A DNA stretch of 64,000 nucleotides from Thermoanaerobaculia bacterium (GTDB taxonomy: Bacteria; Acidobacteriota; Thermoanaerobaculia; Multivoradales; UBA5704). A program made the position numbers and the translations under genes. The stretch spans positions 41,329 through 105,328 of the forward strand of contig JBGAGQ010000014.1 in assembly GCA_044226625.1 (NCBI GenBank). The letters are read 5' to 3'. Below the pieces are notes generated by a model. That model searched no databases and was not told where the DNA came from. It worked only from the letters and a program-made list of their open reading frames with translations. This document shows, piece after piece, positions 1-8,284 of this stretch. The number at the start of each line of letters is the position of its first letter. The first letter of the stretch is position 1.

Positions 1-741
1 ACCGGCCGCGAGGCGCCGCTCGACTTCCGCGAGGTCCTCGGCCGTGTCGACCCCGATCGAGGTCTCGCGGGTTTCGAGCACCCGGATCGGCAGGCCGTTC
101 TCGAGCGCCCGGAGCTGTTCGAGCGATTCGGTTCGCTCGAGGGCGGTGGGGGCGAGGGCGGCGAAGTCGAGCAGCGCCTGCCGCTGGTAGCCGTAGATGC
201 CGAGATGCTTGAGCGGCGTCCATCCCCCCTCGCCGCGCGGAAACGGGATGTGCGAGCGAGAGAAGTAGAGCGCTTGGCCCGTCCGGTCGAGCACCACCTT
301 CACCGCGTTCGGATTGTCGAGCTCGTCCTCGGCGGCCTTCACCGCGAGCGTGACGATCGGGTCGCCCGGATGGCTCGCCAGGTGCTCGGCCACCTGGGTG
401 ACCGCGCCGGGATCGATCATCGGCTCGTCTCCCTGGATGTTGATCACCCCGGAAGCGCTCCAATTCCGGGCCGCCCAGGCGATCCGGTCGGTGCCGCTGG
501 TGCAGCTCTCCGGGGTCATCTCCACCTCGCCGCCGAACCCTCGGACCACCAACGCGATCCGCTCGTCGTCGGTGAGGACGACGACCCGGGAAAGCCCGCT
601 GGCTCGCGCGACCCGCTCGTAGACGTGCTGGACCATCGGCCGCCCGAGGATCGGGGCGAGCGCTTTGGCCGGCAGCCGGGTCGAGCCGTACCGGGCGGGG
701 ATGGCGCCGACGATTTCAATCGAAGAGGAGGTCTCGGTCAT
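1..741 (-). CDS. kdsB: 3-deoxy-manno-octulosonate cytidylyltransferase (CMP-KDO synthetase), 3' end runs off the window
   Basis: Not in the ORF track; translated by hand. ATG at 741 gives MTETSSSIEIVGAIPARYGSTRLPAKALAPILGRPMVQHVYER, and the end reads SIGVDTAEDLAEVERRL. Both IPARYxSTRLPxK and GVDTxEDL are KdsB motifs. Confidence 0.93.
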   Translation of the reverse strand, partial: MTETSSSIEIVGAIPARYGSTRLPAKALAPILGRPMVQHVYERVARASGLSRVVVLTDDERIALVVRGFGGEVEMTPESCTSGTDRIAWAARNWSASGVINIQGDEPMIDPGAVTQVAEHLASHPGDPIVTLAVKAAEDELDNPNAVKVVLDRTGQALYFSRSHIPFPRGEGGWTPLKHLGIYGYQRQALLDFAALAPTALERTESLEQLRALENGLPIRVLETRETSIGVDTAEDLAEVERRLAAG

Positions 742-1367
742 GGCGTTCCGTAAGCCTCGATCGGCCTCTCGGCCACGAAGTCCCCCGGAGTCGGGCCGCC
801 CCGGGTCCAAACCAGGCCGAGGTCGATCTCCACCGCTTCGAACGGCTCGGCGCGGACGGTCGCGGCCCCTTCGAAGGTTTCCGAGAGGAGCCAATGAGCG
901 TTGTGAAGTCGGTAGACCTCCAACGTGGCGAGGACGGGATCGAGAATCCAGGCGTGCGGTATTCCCGCGGCGGCGTAGATCCGGAGCTTCTTGATCCGAT
1001 CGAAGCGGGCCGTCGACGGCGACAGCAGCTCGCAGATCCAGTCGGGTCGCACGAGGTAGGGACCGTCGGAAGGGGACGAGAAACGCTCGCGCCGCCACCC
1101 GGCGAGGTCGGGGATCAGCAGGTTGGCGCCGAAGCGGATCTCGGGCTCCGCGAGGATCACCCAGCCTCCAGGTCCGCCCCGGCCGAACCGGAAGGGAGGG
1201 AGCAGCAGCCCGGTGAGGGCGGAGGCCGCCTCCACGTGCGGCGCCGCCGGGCGCGGAAAGGCGAACAGCGAGCCCTCGGCGATCTGCCCCTTCCATCCCG
1301 CGGGTAGATCTTCGAGATCGCGCTCCGTCGCCGGCCCGGGCGTGCTCCAGCGGAAAGGCTCGATCAT
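738..1367 (-). CDS. Uma2 (DUF820) family PD-(D/E)xK putative endonuclease
   Basis: Motifs GPGGWVILAEPE, PDLAGWRRER, PDWICELLSPST...DRIKKLRIYAAAGIPHAWILDP. Start at ATG 1367 assumed (ORF extends to 1457). The stop overlaps the kdsB start (ATGA). Confidence 0.88.
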   Translation of the reverse strand: MIEPFRWSTPGPATERDLEDLPAGWKGQIAEGSLFAFPRPAAPHVEAASALTGLLLPPFRFGRGGPGGWVILAEPEIRFGANLLIPDLAGWRRERFSSPSDGPYLVRPDWICELLSPSTARFDRIKKLRIYAAAGIPHAWILDPVLATLEVYRLHNAHWLLSETFEGAATVRAEPFEAVEIDLGLVWTRGGPTPGDFVAERPIEAYGTP

Positions 1368-1486
1368 GAAGGGCGAGAATAACGCGATCCTCCCGGAGGA
1401 GGGAGCGTTCGGTTTGGATAGACTCCCCGGTCTTTCCGGGGGCTCGCCCCGGCTCAATCCCTCAGACGCGATTTCGAGGTCACGCC

Positions 1487-2713
1487 ATGCGCCGTTCGAT
1501 CCCGCTCTTAGCGATGCTGTTCGCCGCCGTTCCCGTCCTGGGGATTCAGGGCCTTCCGGCCTATCTCACGTTTCCTCCTGGCGTGGTCCTCTACGACACG
1601 GGAAGCCTGACCGTCGAGGACGTCGCGGAGGCGGAATTTCCTGTCGCGGAGGGCAAGACGGTCACGCAGAAAGGGAAGCACTACCGAACGTACCTCAAAT
1701 TCGGCCCGGAGGACCTCTATCGCCCGGCCGCACGGACCTGGAAGGAGTGGCAGCCCGCGCTCGTCGCCTCGGGCTGGGTCGTCAAAGGCACCGATGGAGG
1801 GACGGGCTATACCCTGGTGCGGAAAGCGGGGGCGGTCGAAAGTTGGCTCAAGGTCGCGCTCGGCGACTACGACAGCCCGTTGATCGAGCTGATCGAGAAG
1901 GGCGGTGCGGCCGCGATGGTCACCCTCGTCGCGCCCAGACCGCAGCCGGAGAAAATCGGCCCGAAAGACGACTTCCCGTACTTCGGCCGACCGGCGGGTG
2001 CGGAGATCTCCGGTACGTCGAACGTCAACGAGCCGTTGAACGTCACGGTCGGCGGGATCGATCGAGAGACGATGTTGGTGGGGTCGGGGTACGTTGTCAA
2101 GACGTACACGCCCCCCGCGTCGCTCTCGCGATTCGAGTTCGAATCGACCTATCGCGAGGCGCTCTCCAAGGCGGGCTGGACCGTCAAGCCGATCACCCCG
2201 GGGACGAAGATCGGCGACGGCGGGGAGATCGTCGCTCACTACGTGGAGAACGGGCGCAACCTCTGGCTGACCGCGGGGCGCGGTGCGGACAACGGCAATA
2301 CGGGTCTCGCCGTCAAGGTCGCCGACCTCGGCGCGGAGGATTGGGGCAAGCGCCTCGACACCGGCTGCCGGCTCACGCTTTCAGGGGTCACCTTCGACTT
2401 CAACAAGGACACCCTGCGCCCGGACTCGATCGCTCTGCTCGAAAAGGCGAAAGAGGTCCTCGCGGCGCGCCCGGCGCTATCGGTCGAAGTTCAAGGGCAC
2501 ACCGACAACGTCGGCGGCGACGAGGCGAATCAGAAGCTTTCGGCCGCCCGCGCGGAAGCCGTTCGAAAGTGGCTCGTGGCGCACGGGATCGACGCCGCGC
2601 GCCTTTCGGCCCGGGGGTACGGCAAGACCGCTCCGATCGCCGACAACGGAACGGACGCCGGCCGGGCGAAGAACCGCCGGGTCGACCTCGTTCGCGCCGG
2701 ATGCAAGGGGTGA
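1487..2713 (+). CDS. OmpA family peptidoglycan-binding exported protein
   Basis: Signal peptide; C-terminal OmpA-C domain (FDFNKDTL, VQGHTDNVG, NQKLSAARAEAV, GYG, GRAKNRRV). Confidence 0.9.
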   Translation: MRRSIPLLAMLFAAVPVLGIQGLPAYLTFPPGVVLYDTGSLTVEDVAEAEFPVAEGKTVTQKGKHYRTYLKFGPEDLYRPAARTWKEWQPALVASGWVVKGTDGGTGYTLVRKAGAVESWLKVALGDYDSPLIELIEKGGAAAMVTLVAPRPQPEKIGPKDDFPYFGRPAGAEISGTSNVNEPLNVTVGGIDRETMLVGSGYVVKTYTPPASLSRFEFESTYREALSKAGWTVKPITPGTKIGDGGEIVAHYVENGRNLWLTAGRGADNGNTGLAVKVADLGAEDWGKRLDTGCRLTLSGVTFDFNKDTLRPDSIALLEKAKEVLAARPALSVEVQGHTDNVGGDEANQKLSAARAEAVRKWLVAHGIDAARLSARGYGKTAPIADNGTDAGRAKNRRVDLVRAGCKG

Positions 2714-2720
2714 AGCGGGC

Positions 2721-4346
2721 CTACCGCCCCTCGATCGCGAGCGCCACCGCCTCGGCGACCCGGATTCCGTCGATCGCCGCGGAGAGGATGCCGCCCGCGA
2801 AGCCCGCCCCCTCGCCCGCCGGATAGAGGCCCGGTGTGCCGCGGCTCTGATAATCCTCGCCGCGGGGGATCCGGATGGGTGAGGAGGTGCGGGTCTCGAC
2901 CCCCGTGAGCAGCGCGTCGGGCATCGCGAAACCACGGATCGTCCGGTCGAACGCAGGGAGCGCCTCGCGGATTGCCTCGATCGCGAACCCCGGGAGGCTT
3001 GCCGAGAGGTCGCCGAGCCGGACCCCCGGGCGGTACGAGGGAAGGACCGAGCCGAAGCTCGTGGACGTGGCGCCGGACAGGAAATCCCCCAGAAGCTGGC
3101 CGGGGGCCTCGTAACCCCGTCCGCCGAGGTCGAAAGCGGTCTCCTCCCACCGGCGCTGGAAATCGACGCCGGCGAGCGGCCCGTCGGGATAGTCCACGGG
3201 GTCGATGCCCACCACGATCCCCGCGTTGGCGTTCGGCTCCGCCCGGTTGTACTGGCTCATACCGTTGGTCACGACCCGGCCGGTCTCCGACGCGGCGGCG
3301 ACCACCGTTCCCCCCGGGCACATGCAGAAGCTGTAGACCGAGCGGCCGTTCTTCGCGTGGTGGACTAGCTTGTAATCGGCCGCCCCGAGGATCGGGTGCC
3401 CCGCTTGCGGACCGTAGCGGCAGCGGTCGATCAACGACTGGGGGTGCTCGATCCGGAAGCCCACGGAGAACGGCTTCGCCTCGATCTCGATCCCTCGGTC
3501 GTGGAGCATTCGGAACGTGTCGCGAGCGCTGTGGCCGACCGCGAGGACGAGCCGGTCGGTCTCGATCTCCTCGCCTGAGGCGAGCCGCACGCCGCGCACC
3601 TTTTTCGGCCGGCCCGCCTCTCCCTCGTCGAGCAGCAGGTCTTCGACGCGGGATCGGAAGCGGATCTCGCCGCCCAGCGATTCGATCTTCGCCCGCAGGC
3701 TCTCGACCACCTTGACCAGGCGGAACGTGCCGATGTGCGGTTTCGCGACGTAGAGGATCTCCTCCGGCGCGCCGGCCGCGACGAACTCCTCCACCACCTT
3801 CCGCCCGCGGTGCCCCGGGTCCTTCACTTGGCTATATAGCTTGCCGTCCGAGAACGTGCCCGCCCCGCCCTCGCCGAACTGGACGTTCGATTCCGGATCG
3901 AGGCGGCCGCGGCGCCAGAACCCGAACGTGTCGACGGTCCGCTCGCGGACCTGTTTTCCCCGTTCGAGCAGGAGAGGCCGAAAGCCCATCTCGGCGAGCA
4001 GCAGCCCTGCGAACAGCCCGCACGGCCCGGTGCCTATGACGATGGGGCGCAGATCCGGGGTGCGGGTCGCGCGCACGGGAAATCGATAGGTCGTGTCCGG
4101 CCGCGGGCCGATCTTTCCGTCGGGCCGCCGGCCGGCGCGGGCAAGGATTTCCGCCTCGCGCGGGCTTTCGACGTCGAGTTGGTAGATGAGCGCGATCTTC
4201 CCGCGCACTCGGGCGTCGAAGCTCCGCTTGGCGACGTGGAGCGCGACGAGGTCGTCGCGGCCGATCCGCAGCTCCCGGAGCGCGGCGGCGCGCAGGTCGG
4301 CCTCGGTGTGGTCGAGCGGGAGCTTGATCTCGGAGAGGCGAATCAT
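2721..4346 (-). CDS. NAD(P)/FAD-dependent oxidoreductase (uncharacterised FAD-dependent dehydrogenase family)
   Basis: GTGPCG dinucleotide motif, QFGEGGAGTFSDGKL, SFCMCPGG, GEGAGFAGGILSAAIDG. Confidence 0.9.
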   Translation of the reverse strand: MIRLSEIKLPLDHTEADLRAAALRELRIGRDDLVALHVAKRSFDARVRGKIALIYQLDVESPREAEILARAGRRPDGKIGPRPDTTYRFPVRATRTPDLRPIVIGTGPCGLFAGLLLAEMGFRPLLLERGKQVRERTVDTFGFWRRGRLDPESNVQFGEGGAGTFSDGKLYSQVKDPGHRGRKVVEEFVAAGAPEEILYVAKPHIGTFRLVKVVESLRAKIESLGGEIRFRSRVEDLLLDEGEAGRPKKVRGVRLASGEEIETDRLVLAVGHSARDTFRMLHDRGIEIEAKPFSVGFRIEHPQSLIDRCRYGPQAGHPILGAADYKLVHHAKNGRSVYSFCMCPGGTVVAAASETGRVVTNGMSQYNRAEPNANAGIVVGIDPVDYPDGPLAGVDFQRRWEETAFDLGGRGYEAPGQLLGDFLSGATSTSFGSVLPSYRPGVRLGDLSASLPGFAIEAIREALPAFDRTIRGFAMPDALLTGVETRTSSPIRIPRGEDYQSRGTPGLYPAGEGAGFAGGILSAAIDGIRVAEAVALAIEGR

Positions 4347-4508
4347 GGGGGGCGTTCCGTTTCCGGCCGTGTCGCCGGCGGGCGGGAGAGCTTATCGCCG
4401 GTCGGTCGTTCTCGAGAGCGCCTAGGAGCCCCGAGGCGAAACCCGAACGACGGAAAGACGTACATGCAAGGGCGCCCGATCTGGCGCTCGCCCTGCCTGG
4501 AGATTCTC

Positions 4509-6284
4509 ATGATCCGACGTTTGTTCGCCACCACCACCGTCTTCCTCGTCGCCAGCACGGCGTTCGCTTCGCCGGCCGATCTCGATACCCGCCGCAAGGC
4601 GCTCGACGCCCTGCTCGCGGAACAGTGGGAAGAGACCTTGAAGCTCAACCCGGAGTTCGCCTCGATCCTTGGCGACAAGCGCTACAACGACCGGCTGAGC
4701 GACCGTTCGCCCGCCGCGATCGACGACGGCTACCGCCGGGCCGAGGCGTGGAAGAAGCGGTTCGAGGCGATCGACACGACTGGCTTCCCGGAGCAGGAGG
4801 CGCTCAACAAGACGCTCATGCTGCGCGACCTCGACGAGTTGCTCGCGAACCGCAAGTTCAAGAACTGGGAGATGCCGGTGACCCAGTTCTACGGCATCCA
4901 CATCCAGGCGCCGTCGTTCGTCCAGTACCTGTCGTTCGAAACGGTGAAGGATTACGAGGACTACATCGCGCGCCTCGATCAGTTTCCGCGCGTGTTCGGC
5001 GAGACCACCGCCCTGATGCGTCAGGGGATGGCGGACCGGCTGATGCCGCCGAAAATCTTGCTCGAGAAGGTAGCAGTCCAAGCCCAAGGGATCGCCGGAC
5101 AGAAGGCGGAGGAGACACCGTTCGCCCATCCCTTCGAGAAATTCCCCGAGGCGATCTCCGCGGTCGACCAGAAGCGACTGAAAGAGAAAGGGCTGGCCGC
5201 GATCCGCGGCAAGGTTCTGCCCGCCTACGTCAAGTTCACGGCCTTCGTGCGCGACGAGTACGTGCCCAAGGGGCGCAGGGAGCCGGGAGTTTGGGCTCTG
5301 CCGGACGGCGAGGCTCGCTACGCCGCCCTGGTCAAATCGTCGACGACGACCGACATGACCCCGGAGGCGATCCACCAGCTTGGCCTGTCGGAAGTCGCGC
5401 GGATCGAAGGGGAGATGCAGAAGATTGCCGTCCGCCTGGGCTACAAGGATTGGAAGGCGCTGAGCGCGGCTATTGAGGCGAACCCGGAGCTGCACGCCCA
5501 GTCCGCCCAGCAGATCGTCGACCTCTACTCGAAGTACATCGCCCAGATGAACGAGAAGCTGCCGCAGCTCTTCGGCCTCCTGCCCAAGGCGAAGTGCATC
5601 GTCAAGCCGATCGAGCCGTTCCGCGAAAAGGACGCCTCGGGCGCCGAGTACAACCAGGGGACGCCGGACGGCTCACGCCCGGGCATCGTGATGGTGAACA
5701 CCTACGAGTACGCGAAGCGGAAGACAATCAACATCGAGACGACCGCCTATCACGAAGGGGTTCCCGGCCATCACATGCAGGTCTCGATCGCCCAGGAGCT
5801 CCCAGCGCTGCCGCCGTTCCGCCAGCAGGGGGGCAACGTCGCCTACGCCGAAGGCTGGGCGCTCTACTCGGAGGATCTCGGCGCGGAGGTCGGCTTCTTC
5901 CAGGATCCCTACAGCCTCTATGGCCACTACATGGACGAGATGCTGCGGGCGATCCGGCTAGTGGTCGACACGGGCTTCCACTACAAGCACTGGACCCGCG
6001 ATCAGGTGGTCCAGTTCTTCCACGATCATTCCGGCATCGACGAGGTCGAGGTGCAGTCGGAAACCGACCGCTACATCGCCGTGCCCAGCCAGGCACTCGG
6101 CTACAAGATCGGCCAGCTGAAGATCCGCGAGCTACGCGAGCGGGCGAAGCAGGCGCTCGGGCCGAAGTTCGACATCCGAGCGTTCCACGATCAGGTCCTC
6201 GGCGCGGGCGCCCTGCCGCTCGACGTCCTTTCCAACCGGATCGACTCCTGGGTCGCGAGCGAGAAGGCGAGCGGCGGAAAGTAG
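4509..6284 (+). CDS. DUF885 family exported protein (putative metallopeptidase-like)
   Basis: Signal peptide from ATG 4509 (MIRRLFATT...AFA); HEGVPGHHMQ, EGWALYSE, RAIRLVVDTGFH, PSQALGYKIG, FDIRAFHD. Confidence 0.9.
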   Translation: MIRRLFATTTVFLVASTAFASPADLDTRRKALDALLAEQWEETLKLNPEFASILGDKRYNDRLSDRSPAAIDDGYRRAEAWKKRFEAIDTTGFPEQEALNKTLMLRDLDELLANRKFKNWEMPVTQFYGIHIQAPSFVQYLSFETVKDYEDYIARLDQFPRVFGETTALMRQGMADRLMPPKILLEKVAVQAQGIAGQKAEETPFAHPFEKFPEAISAVDQKRLKEKGLAAIRGKVLPAYVKFTAFVRDEYVPKGRREPGVWALPDGEARYAALVKSSTTTDMTPEAIHQLGLSEVARIEGEMQKIAVRLGYKDWKALSAAIEANPELHAQSAQQIVDLYSKYIAQMNEKLPQLFGLLPKAKCIVKPIEPFREKDASGAEYNQGTPDGSRPGIVMVNTYEYAKRKTINIETTAYHEGVPGHHMQVSIAQELPALPPFRQQGGNVAYAEGWALYSEDLGAEVGFFQDPYSLYGHYMDEMLRAIRLVVDTGFHYKHWTRDQVVQFFHDHSGIDEVEVQSETDRYIAVPSQALGYKIGQLKIRELRERAKQALGPKFDIRAFHDQVLGAGALPLDVLSNRIDSWVASEKASGGK

Positions 6285-6286
6285 AG

Positions 6287-8248
6287 CTATCGGGGTGCCT
6301 GTTGCGGACGTTTCGGACGTTGCGCCGGCTCGGTTCCCCGCGGAAGCTCCAGGCGGAGCGCGAGACCGGCGCTCGACGCGCCTCCCTCGGCTTGCGCGAA
6401 GAGCCGGGCGCCGGGCAGCGACGGGTCCGGCGAGACTGATTGAATCGGCCGAACGTCCTGCTCGGGTGCGGCGACCCGGATTTCGACCGTCCGGCTCTCA
6501 CCCGGCGCAAGCGGCAGGTCGGCGGGCGCTTCGAGGCACCACGACGACCGGCTCGCGCCGCAGCGGGGGAGCGCCGCGTTCGGACCGCCGAGCAACGAGA
6601 ACGAGACGTTCGCCGGGCTCGACCCGGCGTTGTGTACCGTCACCTCGACGCGGCCTTCGCCACCCGGCGGCAGCGAAAGCTCCGAAGGGTGGATCGCTGC
6701 GATTTTGACCTCCGGCCGCAGGTTCACCCGTTCGAGATGCGTGCGGTAGCCGGGGACGATGTCGTACCAGGCGTCCCAGAGGGAGCCTTCGCAGCCGCCG
6801 AGGGTGGCTGTCAGAAATTCGACCGCGGCCTCGGTGAACAGCTCGAACTGCACCTGGGGATCGAGATGGGGCAGCTCGCGCGGCGCCCCCGTCGCGGGGT
6901 CGAGGTCGAACGAGAGGACCTTCTGGTTCGGCGGTCCGTCGCACAGCGCCTTCGACAGGCCGAGCGCCTGGTTGAATCCGCAGTGGAGCCCCTCGCGGAT
7001 CACCAGGAACTGGCTCGGGCCGCCGTTCGCTTGAAAGACCTGCTCTGCCCCGTAGGGGGCTTCCCCGCCGTCGCAGTAACCGTACTCCCAGGACGTGCCG
7101 TTGCCGTCGGTGTCCCCTTCCTCCTGCTGGAAGCAGCCGGTCGGCAGGGAGGTCTGGATCGGTCGGCGCTTGAATCCACCCTGCGTTCCCTCGTCCTGCG
7201 CACCGAACGGCCGGGCGGCGCCGTCGTATTCGGCGGCGAGGACCCGCAACGGCTTGTCGACATGTCGCACGAGGTCGATCGGGTTGGCGAAGACCTGGCC
7301 ACCGATCTCCGGCGTCCAGATTCGGAAGCCGGTCGGACAGCCCGCGGGTAGGGTGGTCCCGCTCGGGAGCGAGCACGAGCTCTCGGCGCCGGAGAAAAGC
7401 CCGCTCAGGTGGCAGCAGCGGTCCATTGCGTCGGTCGGCCGGGCCTGCCGCGCGCGGCCGTCCGGGCCGATCACCGACTCCAGGCAGAGCGGTTGCTGCG
7501 GACATTGGCCCTGGTTCGTCGCGGCGGGCGCGGCGACCACCCCGGCCTTGATCCGGGGTTCGAGGCCGAGCAGTCGCACGGATTCGGTCGCCCCGCGCGA
7601 ATGGCCGACGACGCCGATCCGGTCCAACGCGACGTGCCCCGCGAGCTTCGACGCCACGGGATCGTTCGGTAAGAGCCCGGCGTCGGCGCGCTCCAGCCAG
7701 CCGATTGCGGCGCGGGCCCGCTCGATCCAGATCGCCTCGTCCCCCGCCGTGCGGGCGAACGACGGGCAGCGCAGCGCGACGACCAGGAAGCCCTCGTGCG
7801 CGAGCCGCCGGAGGAGCCCCTCGTAGAGCAGGACGGGAGCGTTGTTGCCGTGGGAGAACAGGACGACCGGAAAACGTCCCGTAGGCAGATCGGATGAACC
7901 ACGCTTGGTGGTCGGATAGATCACGACGGTACGGGCCGCACCCGCGGGCGCCGCGCACTCGGCCCCAGGCTCGAACAACCCGCCGAGCTTCGTGCAGCCG
8001 GAGGGTTCGGGCTTTATCGCTTCGATCGGTGACGGGACGGCCACCTTCGGCTCGTCGATCGCGACGTCCATCAGCCCTGACGTCGCGTCGTACGGCCGCG
8101 TCTCACAAGGCGACCGCGGTATCTCGATCTCGTGACGGCCTCCCCCCGCGCAGCCGAGGACCAAGCTGGTGATACCGAACAGCGCGAGGGGGCGAACGAT
8201 CGATGGCCTGTTGTGGGTCCTGCATCGGAGCGGAGGCGCCGGTTGCAC
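6287..8248 (-). CDS. Putative lipoprotein alpha/beta hydrolase (chlorophyllase/dienelactone-hydrolase-like), Cys-rich, with C-terminal Ig-like domain
   Basis: Lipobox-like LVLGC; FPVVLFSHG oxyanion region; GHSRG nucleophile elbow; candidate Asp (AEYDG) and His (GLHCGF); C-terminal beta-sandwich (VEVTVHNAG...LAPGESRTVEIRV). Start uncertain. Confidence 0.7.
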   Translation of the reverse strand: MQPAPPLRCRTHNRPSIVRPLALFGITSLVLGCAGGGRHEIEIPRSPCETRPYDATSGLMDVAIDEPKVAVPSPIEAIKPEPSGCTKLGGLFEPGAECAAPAGAARTVVIYPTTKRGSSDLPTGRFPVVLFSHGNNAPVLLYEGLLRRLAHEGFLVVALRCPSFARTAGDEAIWIERARAAIGWLERADAGLLPNDPVASKLAGHVALDRIGVVGHSRGATESVRLLGLEPRIKAGVVAAPAATNQGQCPQQPLCLESVIGPDGRARQARPTDAMDRCCHLSGLFSGAESSCSLPSGTTLPAGCPTGFRIWTPEIGGQVFANPIDLVRHVDKPLRVLAAEYDGAARPFGAQDEGTQGGFKRRPIQTSLPTGCFQQEEGDTDGNGTSWEYGYCDGGEAPYGAEQVFQANGGPSQFLVIREGLHCGFNQALGLSKALCDGPPNQKVLSFDLDPATGAPRELPHLDPQVQFELFTEAAVEFLTATLGGCEGSLWDAWYDIVPGYRTHLERVNLRPEVKIAAIHPSELSLPPGGEGRVEVTVHNAGSSPANVSFSLLGGPNAALPRCGASRSSWCLEAPADLPLAPGESRTVEIRVAAPEQDVRPIQSVSPDPSLPGARLFAQAEGGASSAGLALRLELPRGTEPAQRPKRPQQAPR

Positions 8249-8284
8249 CGGCTGCCCCCGCTCCTTGGAGAGGGTCTTCGAGGC

